64,000 nucleotides of DNA from Acidimicrobiia bacterium (GTDB lineage: Bacteria; Actinomycetota; Acidimicrobiia; Spongiisociales; Spongiisociaceae): NCBI GenBank assembly GCA_963663955.1, contig OY760694.1:3215251-3279250 (forward strand). The letters run 5' to 3'. The notes under the pieces were generated by a model that saw nothing but the letters and a program-made list of their open reading frames with translations, was not told where the DNA came from and did no database searches. Positions 10,001-18,688 of this stretch are shown here, piece by piece; position 1 is the first letter of the stretch, and the number at the start of each line of letters is the position of its first letter. Made by a program: the position numbers and the translations under genes.

Positions 10001-10199
10001 TCGACCCGACCACAGTCGATCTTCACCTCTTGCGCCAGCGGTCGGACTCCGTTACCCGGCAAGGCGACACACTATGACACCAGATTGTCTCCTGCGGAGC
10101 CGGATGATTAGTTCCTAGCCGCTAATGTATTGAATCGTTGTTTCGCTCTGGTTCGGACGCCCGCGAAATCTTTCTGACGGGCATGACCCGACCGCCGGA

Positions 10200-10437
10200 G
10201 GATCTGTCACACCTCCTGTGCATACTGGTGGGTAACCGTAAAGCACCGACGGTTCGGTCAGGTACCGACCGGACCGGGGTTGGGATTATTCTGTTCGTTC
10301 CCCGTGCCATAGCAACGGTTTAGCGGGACGCGTTTCGACGCTGAGGAGGCGGCGGTTGGGGGTGGGACCCACTGGAGGTGTCCAATCCGGGTAGTTTGGT
10401 TTTCGCGGTCTTGACTAGAGGCATCACCGGGAGGTGG
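10200..10437 (-). repeat. conserved non-coding element, copy B (inverted relative to copy A)
   Basis: Shares the blocks listed for 3557-3764. It contains a perfect 10-bp hairpin, cggttcggtc-aggtacc-gaccggaccg, at about 10251-10277. It lies downstream of nnr on the same strand. Confidence 0.4.
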
Positions 10438-10640
10438 GTGGTTACCTGCCATCTTCAGCGAACTTCCAACTCGGAAGGATGCGCCCACCAGGCCGGCATC
10501 GAAGAAGCGTCGCCGACTCATGCCGCCTTCGGATAGAGGGACCTCTCGAAGCGGATGGCCTCTTCGATATCGAGGAGCATCATTTATAACTAACTATCCG
10601 TTCGCGCCGGGGGCCGCTCCGGTTAACTTTCGGTGTCGGC

Positions 10641-12044
10641 TCAGCGTCGTGTGGTCACCCCGATGTGGTCCACCAACTGATCAGCAGTGACGGTACGGAC
10701 ACGTTGCAGGTCGGCTGCGGCCCGGCCATGCCAGTAGGCCCCTGATCGGGCGGCTGATTCGGTGTCCAGCCCGGCAGCCCGGAAAGCGCCGATCATTCCG
10801 GCCAACACGTCACCCGTGCCGATGGTGGATAGCTCGGGACCTCCAGAGTTGACCATCCAGCGCTGCTTACCCATCACAAAGGTGGGAGAACCTTTCAGGA
10901 GAACCGTCACTCCGGTACGGTCAGCTAGCCGGATGGCCTCGTCGTAGGAAGCGTTACGCCCGGTGAGCCGGAAAAACTCCCCGGAATGGGGGGTGATCAC
11001 CGTCTCCCCTTCTCTCTGTAAACCCTCCGGCCCGTCTAGAGCGTTCAGGGCGTCGGCGTCGGCCACTACCGGGTGGTTATACGACTGGAGAAAATCGGTC
11101 ACGAACCCACCCAGGTCTCGGTGGCTTCCTAATCCCGGCCCGATGATCACGACATCGAACCGGGAGGCCAGTTCGAGAACCTCTGCTAGGTCGGCTGACG
11201 ACAAGATACGGCAATTGCCGATCGCCCTGGTCATGATCTCCGGCGAACGTACCTTCTCCTCGACGGACGGTGGGCAGCCGATCATCACCGCCCCCGCCCC
11301 GGCCCGCAACGCAGCCCGAGCGGTCAGGGTGGCGGCGCCGTCAAGACCGTCGGAGCCTCCCAAGACCAGCACCGACCCGGCCGACCATTTGTGACCGGTG
11401 CGACATCGTAGGGGTAGCTGGGCATCCTCCTCTTCGCACAGCCACAACTCCGGCTCCACATCCGGTAGCCCGATATCCGCCACGGTGACCTTCCCGCACA
11501 CATCCGGCCCCGACCCGATCAGGTGACCTACCCGGTAACCGTGGAAAGTGACGGTTGCGTCAGCCGCCAGCAGACCGGGGGAGACATCTCCGGTGCTGGC
11601 ATCGAGTCCCGAAGGCACGTCCACCGCCAAGCGGGCCGGAACCCCTCGCCACGCCGACAGTTCGGGTAACCGGCCCCGGAACCCGGCCCCGAAGAGTGCG
11701 TCGATTACCAGATCGGCAGGCCGCGGATCGTCCCACGCTCGTACCGTCACACCTTCCCGCTCGGCTAGACGCAGCGCCCAAACAGCTGGATCGGTCCTCG
11801 GTTGTGCCAGCGGGTAGGTATCGACCGACACCCCTCGACCAGCCAGGTAGCGGGCGGCCACGTAACCGTCCCCGCCGTTGTTACCGGGACCGGCCAGGAC
11901 AGCCACCGTCTGCCCGTAACCCGCACCCAACGACACTGCTTGCAACGCCACGGCCAGGCCCGCCCGCTCCAGCAATACGCGGGGATGGTCGTCGGCAATA
12001 GCGTCTTGGTGGCGGGACTGTTCGGAGGTGAGTACGGGCCGCAT
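10641..12044 (-). CDS. nnr: bifunctional NAD(P)H-hydrate repair enzyme (epimerase + ADP-dependent dehydratase)
   Basis: The N-terminal YjeF-N pattern is VLAGPGNNGGDGYVAARYL. The C-terminal carbohydrate-kinase-like half contains GPGLG, ITPHSGEF and GTGDVLAG. Confidence 0.85.
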   Translation of the reverse strand: MRPVLTSEQSRHQDAIADDHPRVLLERAGLAVALQAVSLGAGYGQTVAVLAGPGNNGGDGYVAARYLAGRGVSVDTYPLAQPRTDPAVWALRLAEREGVTVRAWDDPRPADLVIDALFGAGFRGRLPELSAWRGVPARLAVDVPSGLDASTGDVSPGLLAADATVTFHGYRVGHLIGSGPDVCGKVTVADIGLPDVEPELWLCEEEDAQLPLRCRTGHKWSAGSVLVLGGSDGLDGAATLTARAALRAGAGAVMIGCPPSVEEKVRSPEIMTRAIGNCRILSSADLAEVLELASRFDVVIIGPGLGSHRDLGGFVTDFLQSYNHPVVADADALNALDGPEGLQREGETVITPHSGEFFRLTGRNASYDEAIRLADRTGVTVLLKGSPTFVMGKQRWMVNSGGPELSTIGTGDVLAGMIGAFRAAGLDTESAARSGAYWHGRAAADLQRVRTVTADQLVDHIGVTTRR

Positions 12045-12251
12045 GATGGCACCCTAATACCCACACGGGTCCGATAAGGAGAGCCATCCCGGCAAGGCAC
12101 CCTCCCGGAAGTCCATTATCCAGTAGCACGAGAGGAGCCGGAAACGCTAGTCGGACACAGTAGGCCGTATTCCCAGACAACCAGCAGAAGTCACGACACC
12201 AAGTCGCGAGCTCGTCGAGCGCGGCAGGGCTGGACGGTCTGCAACCCTTCC

Positions 12252-12782
12252 TCAGGTGGCTATTGCAGCGACTTTTTCAGGACGCACCGGATCGATGCCG
12301 AGATCTGCGTATGTGGCCATGGGTAGGTACGCGATGTCATGAACAGCGATTCTCGGACCAGCCGAGTCTCCTCGATCAACCAGTGCCACGACTCCAACGA
12401 TGGTGGCGCCTGTCACCACGTCGTCGACCAGCAGCACGCGCGTGCCCGATCCGACGGGTACTCCCTCGATGCGGCGGCCGGTTCCATGTCCCTTCGGTTG
12501 CTTGCAGATGAAGAACCACCGAGAGTGGTTGGCTGCGGTAATTCCGACAGCCAAGGCGTCAGCGCCCATAGTCGGGCCGCCCACCGCATCGAACTCAATG
12601 CCAGCCTCTTCTACAGCTTCCGTGATGGCCACCGACGCTGTGGAGAGATCGGTCCACTCAGCTAAAGCCTTCTTACCGTCGGACGAAGTAGCTGGACAAA
12701 GCCCCCGATACGGTCCCCGCGGATCCTCTGCGCTCGAACCGCGGATGCGCTCTTGCCGCCCGTTCACCGACCTAGCACCCAC
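12252..12782 (-). CDS. orotate-phosphoribosyltransferase-like PRTase with an abnormally short PRPP-binding region
   Basis: The motifs AVGGPTMGADALA and FFICKQPKGHGTGRRIEG resemble PyrE. The PRPP loop reads RVLLVDDVVTGATIVGVVALVDR, which lacks about 17-20 residues of the usual D-x-x-T-T-G-x-S...helix segment. Confidence 0.45.
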   Translation of the reverse strand: MGARSVNGRQERIRGSSAEDPRGPYRGLCPATSSDGKKALAEWTDLSTASVAITEAVEEAGIEFDAVGGPTMGADALAVGITAANHSRWFFICKQPKGHGTGRRIEGVPVGSGTRVLLVDDVVTGATIVGVVALVDRGDSAGPRIAVHDIAYLPMATYADLGIDPVRPEKVAAIAT

Positions 12783-12898
12783 GCTATACCAGCTGGTTCT
12801 TCACGGCTGGCTCGGAAGAACAATACCGGTAAAACATGGACATCTCAGATATCACTTGGGTCCTCTATCATGGACTGGCTCCAACCAACAGGTGAAGG

Positions 12899-13831
12899 AT
12901 GGTCGAACTGAAAGAGCCTGCTCGATCCCGCTATGTCCGCTCCGGCGGCGCCTCGACGCTTCGATCAGTAGTCGTAGGGGCTGCTGTCTGGTTGCTCGTA
13001 GCCGCTTGTAGCGGGAATGGTGACTCGACAAGCACCGGGCTTTCGGTAACACCTGCCCCGGGCACCTCCGGCGCTCCGGTAGCAGACGATACGACCACGG
13101 TGGTCACTACCACCACGCCCATCACTACTCGAACGACCGCCTCGACAACCTCAACCCCTACGGCAACCAGCGTAATCTCACCGTCGGATGACGAACCCTC
13201 CCCGGTCTCGACAACGACGCCGCCCCCGAGTGCTTCAACCACCGAAGTGGTAGAGCCACCTGCAACCACCACAGTCGAGATACCTACTCCGGACACCATG
13301 CCCGCCGACGCCACGGTTACCTCTGCGGTGGAGAATCCCTCCTCAACCATGCCTCCTCCATCTACAACAACCTCCGTCTCGGTGGTCGAAGAACCGCCGA
13401 CCGTCGCCTTCACCCCGGCAGATGACCTGCTCGACTACGACATGATCGACGTTCACACGGGCGCCACCGTCAACTTACGTTCGGTAGCCACGGGTGAGAA
13501 ACCGCTGCTGTTCTGGTTCTGGTCCCCGTTGTGAGAGACGTGCCGGACCGAAGGCCCGGCCTTCGAGCAGTTCGCTCGGAACAACGCCCATCGGCTCAAC
13601 GTCGTAGGAGTAGGTGGCTTGGGCACCTTCGAGGACGCTCAGAACTACATTACCCACACCGGGGTGACCTTCGCCTTGCTGTGGACCGACACCTGGGACG
13701 TGTGGGACCACTACGGCATGCAGAGTACGTCCGACTTCATCCTCCTCGACCCGTCCGGCAATCGAGTCACCAACGGCGCTCAACCTTATGACGAGGCCCG
13801 CATAGAGGCCCTGGTGGAGGGCTTGTTCTGA
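12899..13831 (+). CDS. TlpA/ResA-like thioredoxin-fold lipoprotein, candidate selenoprotein (in-frame UGA at 13532-13534 in a U-E-T-C motif)
   Basis: Track ORFs 12899-13534 and 13619-13831 are in the same frame, and the whole span 12899-13831 is open apart from a single TGA. There is a lipobox (LLVAAC) and a Thr/Pro-rich linker. The domain then reads ...PLLFWFWSPL-U-ETCRTEGPAFEQFAR...DFILLDPSGNRV. Confidence 0.65.
13542..13560 (+). promoter_or_regulatory. hairpin 7 nt downstream of the UGA (candidate bacterial SECIS)
   Basis: GCCGGACC-GAA-GGCCCGGC forms 8 bp with one A.C mismatch and a 3-nt loop. Confidence 0.4.
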
Positions 13832-13942
13832 ACCTCCCGCATCCGCATCGAAGCAGTCGGCGGATGGATGGCAGCTAAGCCTCGGGTCGAAAGGGGACTA
13901 GGCTAGGGAATCGGACTTAGGAAACCCAAGAAAGCACTCACA

Positions 13943-15049
13943 ATGACCGCATCCGATCCAGCAGGTTTAGCAGTACGACCCAAGCGTCTCCGCTCGCGTA
14001 CCTGGTCGGCGGTGCTGGTAATACTCGCACTGCTGTTTTCCATCATCGTGCCAATCCCTGCCGCAACCGCCGCCGAATTCTCCGATGTGGCCGGTAACAG
14101 CCACGAGACAGCCATCACCGCGCTCGCCGACTCGGGCGTGCTTGACGGCACCGAATGCGGAACGGGACGGTTCTGCCCGGACGATCCCATCGAACGGTGG
14201 GTAATGGCTGTGTGGTTGGTTCGCGTCCTCGGCGGTGACGTAACCTCGGGCGGTACTTCTCGATTCGCCGATGTCGACTCTTCCGCTTGGTGGTCGCCCT
14301 TCACCGAGCAACTCGCCATCCGCAACATTACAGCCGGGTGTAGAACCGGCCCTCTGCGCTACTGCCCCCAGGATGCGGTAACGAGAGGCCAGATGGCGAC
14401 CTTCTTGGTCCGGGCGTTCGATCTAGCCCCAGCCGCCCCGGCCGGATTCGTCGACACCGGCGGCAATACCCATGAGACGAACATCAACGCTCTGGCCGCA
14501 GCCGGCATTACCGCGGGGTGCAGGACGAGTCCGCTCAGCTACTGCCCTCAGAATGCGGTGACGAGAGGCCAGATGGCCTCCTTCCTGCACAGGGCCTCGC
14601 TCAAACAACAGGCCACCGCCGCAGAGATCAGCGACGACGTTCCCAACATCGAGTTGACCGATCTGGCAAGCGGCGCAACCGTCAATCTACGCTCCCTGAT
14701 CTCAGGTGACACCGCAATCCTTCTTTGGTTCTGGGCCGAATGGTGACCTGTCTGCCGGGGGCACGCCCCCGAAGTCGAGCAGTTCGCTCGGCAGAACGCA
14801 GATCGGCTAACCGTAATCGGGATCAACCCGGCTAGCTTGAACAATCAGGCAAGAGGGACGAGCTTCGTAAGCCGCTACAACTTGACGTTTGCAAACCTGT
14901 GGGACGGTTCCAACCGGGTATATCAACATTACGGCCGACCCTACAACTCCAACTTCTGGCTACTGGACCAGAACGGCAACCGGGTGGGCGACCGAGCGGT
15001 TAGCTTCTCCGTGCGTAGCGCACAAGAGAAACTCGACAGCTTGGAATAA
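13943..15049 (+). CDS. SLH-repeat protein fused to a TlpA-like thioredoxin domain, candidate selenoprotein (in-frame UGA at 14744-14746 in a U-P-V-C motif)
   Basis: Track ORFs 13943-14746 and 14837-15049 share a frame, and a single TGA separates ...AILLWFWAEW from PVCRGHAPEVEQFARQNADRLTVIGIN...FWLLDQNGNRV. The N-terminus has a signal peptide and three SLH-like repeats. Confidence 0.65.
14756..14771 (+). promoter_or_regulatory. hairpin 9 nt downstream of the UGA (candidate bacterial SECIS)
   Basis: CGGGGG-CACG-CCCCCG forms a 6-bp G/C stem with a 4-nt loop. Confidence 0.35.
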
Positions 15050-15466
15050 TAGGGTGCCGCAGCCCTACGGCCCTTATCCCGAGCGAACTTGCCTTCGGCG
15101 GTAAGCGCCGACGCCGACCACCACACCCACGTAGGCCAACCAAGGTATATCCGTCACGCCGGTTGAGCCCTGAGGGTTTCGTCAACCAACACCTCTAGGT
15201 CAACACTGGCTGTTGCAACAGTCTTGTCATCCCAACCGGTTAGGTCCTTCACTTCCTGGGGGGCTGATTCCCGGGCGCACCCTAATCAGAGCGTAGAGCA
15301 GGTACGCGCGCTTACCCCGGTCACTGCCATTCTCAGGTCGGTCGGAACTCATGCGCGATCTGCTGCTCTATGTGCCAAAAACCCCACCCAGACAGTTCGC
15401 TTTCAACACCGGAATCGGCATCCTCATCTTCATGCCTTTCCTATCCCTTTGTAGTAATAAGTCTAA

Positions 15467-16425
15467 GAGCGTCCGCGGGTAGGGGTTAGTTGAGGTTGTA
15501 GCGGTCTCGCCATTTGATGAGTTTGATGGTGATGATGAGGGTGATGGCTAGGTTGAGTTGGGCGTGTCGGTGGTGGGTGTTTCGGTCGGTGTTGCGGCGG
15601 AGTTGCCCGTAGTTGGTGAGCCATGAGTTGGTTCGTTCGACGGTCCAGCGCATACCGAGGGGTGCGGGTGTTTTGGTGTTGCCGGTTTGGCCTCGTGGTT
15701 TTTTCTTGGCGCATATGACGTCGGTTATGCCGGCGGCGTCGCAGAGGGCGCGCACGGTTTTGCTGTCGTAGCCTCGGTCTAGGTGGAGGGTTTCTATGTC
15801 GGGGAGCAATCCCCGCCGGTTGATCGCTTCGAGGGTGGGTTGGAATAGGATGCTGTCGTGGCGGTTGGCCCCGTTTGTGGCCCAACCGATCGGTATGCCG
15901 TTGCGGTCTGTGGCCAGGGACCATTTCGGGCCGGATTCGGCCCGGTCGCAGGGGTTTTTCCCGGTTCCTTCCCCCCCGGAGGGCGCTTTGTGTTGGCTAC
16001 CGTCGACCGAGACCTCGGATAGGTCCAACCCGATCACACGGTCGTAGGCGGCTACGGCTTCTGCTTCGAGGTTCTCGAAGACGCCTGCTTTCATCCATTC
16101 ATCGCGTCGGGCCCGCAGAGTCGTGTCCGACACCTCTTTGTTCAAGAGTTGTTCGGCTGTTTCCCACAAGCAGCCGGTCACCAACCGGATCAGTATCCCC
16201 TGGAAGCAGACACGGTCCGGTTTACGGGGATTGTGACAGCCCAGGGGATGGTTGTCCTCCCGGGCGGGCAACAGACCCTTTGTGGCTTTCCACACCGCGT
16301 TTGCTACTTCGGGGTCGAGTGCGCGCATAATGATACCTCCACCAGTTGGGGGATTTGTGTTGCACTCGGTATGAAACCCGAGACAACCCCTCAACTGGTG
16401 GATTTCCACCTACCCGCGGACGCTC
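15467..16425 (-). mobile_element. IS5-family insertion sequence, copy 1 (959 bp)
   Basis: It has 17-bp terminal inverted repeats GAGCGTCCGCGGGTAGG / CCTACCCGCGGACGCTC. It is flanked on both sides by TAA (a 3-bp duplication within CTAAG) and encloses one transposase ORF. Confidence 0.8.
15486..16409 (-). CDS. IS5-family DDE transposase (DUF4096-type N-terminus)
   Basis: Contains GILIRLVTGCLWE, HLDRGYDS and RWTVERTNSWL..YGQLRR. A probable internal ATG start gives MRALDPEV. It differs at 4 residues from the copy at 37745-38668. Confidence 0.85.
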   Translation of the reverse strand: MEIHQLRGCLGFHTECNTNPPTGGGIIMRALDPEVANAVWKATKGLLPAREDNHPLGCHNPRKPDRVCFQGILIRLVTGCLWETAEQLLNKEVSDTTLRARRDEWMKAGVFENLEAEAVAAYDRVIGLDLSEVSVDGSQHKAPSGGEGTGKNPCDRAESGPKWSLATDRNGIPIGWATNGANRHDSILFQPTLEAINRRGLLPDIETLHLDRGYDSKTVRALCDAAGITDVICAKKKPRGQTGNTKTPAPLGMRWTVERTNSWLTNYGQLRRNTDRNTHHRHAQLNLAITLIITIKLIKWRDRYNLN

Positions 16426-16888
16426 TAAGTGATCCTGCACGCCTCGGCTCGACATCGGATGTCCTCCGGCAGAAACAGATCGGTCAGATTAGCCATCGCA
16501 AGCGTTACCGGCCGAGGTCGTTCGGCACTGCCTGAGCGGTTGGAGGTTCACCCGGATTCACGGAGCCCTGCTTACGCAAACAGTTTGCGTATTTCTACAG
16601 CTTTGCGCAATCCGCTCAAAGTTTGCAATCTGCGCAAAGGCAAGGCGCATACACGCACGGGACTGCAATGTCTGCCCAAGCTGAAGCTCACAAGACCGGG
16701 CCGTTATCGGGACGAGGCACACCTAACGACTCGTAGAGGGAACTCGGATAATCCGGAGACGTCATGAGACGGTTGCCCGGTTTGGATGCACGCCGAGGTT
16801 ACTCCCCCCACGAAGATCCGTCGGGCAGTTGTGCTGCATCCTGCCTAAGCTACGGTTCATGGCCTTCCCGTCTGGAATACGGTGAGGA

Positions 16889-18688
16889 GTGTTAACCGTG
16901 GTAGAAGCCCCCCGCCTGAGTGCCGGTGTTCGTATAGAGGCCGTCTGGATCAGCGGTTTTCGCGTGTTGCGAGACGTATGTGTGACCCTTGATCCGGAAA
17001 CCACAGTTCTTGTTGGTGAGAACAACACCGGCAAGTCCGCCTTTCTGGAGGCGCTGGAGACTGCTCTGGGAACGCGATCCCCCGTACCAGACGACCTCCA
17101 CGTCGACGGGGCTGGTCAGCAGAGCCGCGAGTTCCTTGTAGACCTTCTCTTGGTGCCTGCGAGAGGAACCCGGTTCTCTCAGCATCTAGAAGCACTGTTC
17201 GGGGATGCAGTCCGCTCTGAGACCCCACAAGGCTCTGTCGGCGAAGGAGCGCGCAACTTCGTGGCGATACGTACCATCGGTACGATTGGCGTCGATCACA
17301 GCACCGTCGACCGTCGTCGCTGTTTCGTTGAAGGTTGGCCCGGTTGTGGCTCACCCACCGGGACCGGAGTTATGGAGGTGCCGGCACCGCGGGTGACTGA
17401 GCGCCACCTAACCGTACTCTCGTTCGCTCTCTTGCATGCAAATCGTGATCTCGTCGCCGACATGCGACGACAAACAAGCCGGTGGGGTCGACTGCTGGCT
17501 CAGCGCGACCTGGATCAGGACATAGAGAAGTCCGTCGAGGGCCAATTGCGGGAGTTGGGTGAACTTCTTCTCGGGAACAGTTCTCTGCTTGGTCGCCTTC
17601 GGGACCGCCTCGACGAGGCCCGGAAGGCTATGCCGACCGTCGACGAGGTAGAACTTGAACCTCTACCAAGCAGGGTCGCCGACCTCACAAGGGCGACGGA
17701 TATTGTTGTGAGCGCCCCTGCAGGAGCCCGTTTGCCGCTACGGATGCAGGGCCTGGGGAGCCGGAGCCTCGCCGAAGTGCTGGTCTATCGAGCGTTTGTC
17801 GGCGAAATCCCGGGAATGGAAGAGCCCTTCTCACCACACATTGTGGCTGCCTTAGAAGAACCCGAGGCCCACCTACATCCACATGCCCAGCTCGCCCTTA
17901 TGCGCATTATCGATCAAATACCCGGTCAGCGGATCGTCACCACGCACTCAGGCCAGATCGCAGGAACCACACCGATCCGACAAGTTCGAGTCTTCCGGCA
18001 CTCAGATCAAGGCATCGAGGTCAGACGCTCCGGGCACCTTGACGATGCGGACCAGATCAAGACGCACCGTCTCATCGCCCGTTCCTACGGCCAAGTACTT
18101 TTCGCTCGCCTGGCGATCATCGGAGATGGGACAACTGAGCACGACGCCTTACCTGTGTTCGCCCGTGCTCACTGGGGAGCGGAAGCCGAAAGTTTGGGCG
18201 TAACCTTTGTCGATCCGGGGTCCCTCGCCGCGGCGAAGGGGCTTGTCAAAGTGCTTGAAGGCCTTTCCATACCGTGGCTAGCGCTCGTTGACGCCGACCA
18301 GGGGGGCGATAACGCACTACGAGCTATAGGCAACTTGCTTGAACGAACCCTTAATAGGGAGTCGGAAGAAGTCGTGATGCTCCCGGACCGCACAGACTTC
18401 GAACGATATCTGATCGACGAAGGCCTTCAAGCGCCTATCAGGGATGGAATCCGCGCATTCTACGGACCCTACGCACTGGCCAGATTCTCGAAACAGACCA
18501 ATTATCGTGGACGGGGCGAGGATGATGTCCTTGAGGGGTTTCTCGACAAGAACAAGGGAACTTACGGGGCTGCCGTTGCCGAAGCGGTCGTCGCGCTCGA
18601 GGATGAGAACGGTAATCCGACGATTCCGGGGCGGGTCGCGGAGTTATTCAAGCGGGCTGACCATATACTCGGAATGCGTTCGCGATGA
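16889..18688 (+). CDS. gajA: OLD-family ATPase/TOPRIM nuclease (GajA-like)
   Basis: The N-terminal ABC-like ATPase reads VWISGFRVLRDVCVTLDPETTVLVGENNTGKSAFLEAL, with Walker B AALEEPEAHLHP and TTHS. The C-terminal TOPRIM signature is LAIIGDGTTEHD ... LVDADQGGD. It is followed directly by a UvrD-like helicase. The GTG at 16898 has the better SD spacing. Confidence 0.7.
   Translation: MLTVVEAPRLSAGVRIEAVWISGFRVLRDVCVTLDPETTVLVGENNTGKSAFLEALETALGTRSPVPDDLHVDGAGQQSREFLVDLLLVPARGTRFSQHLEALFGDAVRSETPQGSVGEGARNFVAIRTIGTIGVDHSTVDRRRCFVEGWPGCGSPTGTGVMEVPAPRVTERHLTVLSFALLHANRDLVADMRRQTSRWGRLLAQRDLDQDIEKSVEGQLRELGELLLGNSSLLGRLRDRLDEARKAMPTVDEVELEPLPSRVADLTRATDIVVSAPAGARLPLRMQGLGSRSLAEVLVYRAFVGEIPGMEEPFSPHIVAALEEPEAHLHPHAQLALMRIIDQIPGQRIVTTHSGQIAGTTPIRQVRVFRHSDQGIEVRRSGHLDDADQIKTHRLIARSYGQVLFARLAIIGDGTTEHDALPVFARAHWGAEAESLGVTFVDPGSLAAAKGLVKVLEGLSIPWLALVDADQGGDNALRAIGNLLERTLNRESEEVVMLPDRTDFERYLIDEGLQAPIRDGIRAFYGPYALARFSKQTNYRGRGEDDVLEGFLDKNKGTYGAAVAEAVVALEDENGNPTIPGRVAELFKRADHILGMRSR

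Noticed and set aside
10321-10345. gcgggacgcgtttcgacg resembles the 5' end of tmRNA (GGGG...GGUUUCGAC).
   Set aside because: No tRNA-like 3' end (T-arm plus CCA-proximal acceptor) and no tag reading frame could be found downstream on either strand.
10258-10521. A minus-strand ORF beginning MSRRRFFDAGLVGA, which looks like a twin-arginine (Tat) signal.
   Set aside because: The remainder is low-complexity. It overlaps the conserved non-coding element, and its frame is not preserved in the other copy (3557-3764). A genuine small Tat substrate cannot be fully excluded.
13532-13534. The TGA codons at 13532-13534 and 14744-14746 read as ordinary nonsense mutations, making the genes pseudogenes.
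   Set aside because: Both fall on the same catalytic position of two diverged paralogues. The downstream thioredoxin domain stays open and well conserved in frame, and hairpins follow each TGA. Selenocysteine recoding is the better hypothesis but is unproven here.
16426-16440. Both IS right flanks begin TAAGTGA(T/A)CCT, which suggests the element might extend further or that an inversion can be inferred.
   Set aside because: The match is only about 7 of 9 nt and has no counterpart at the left ends. All four flanks carry the same TAA, so nothing can be concluded about past inversion.
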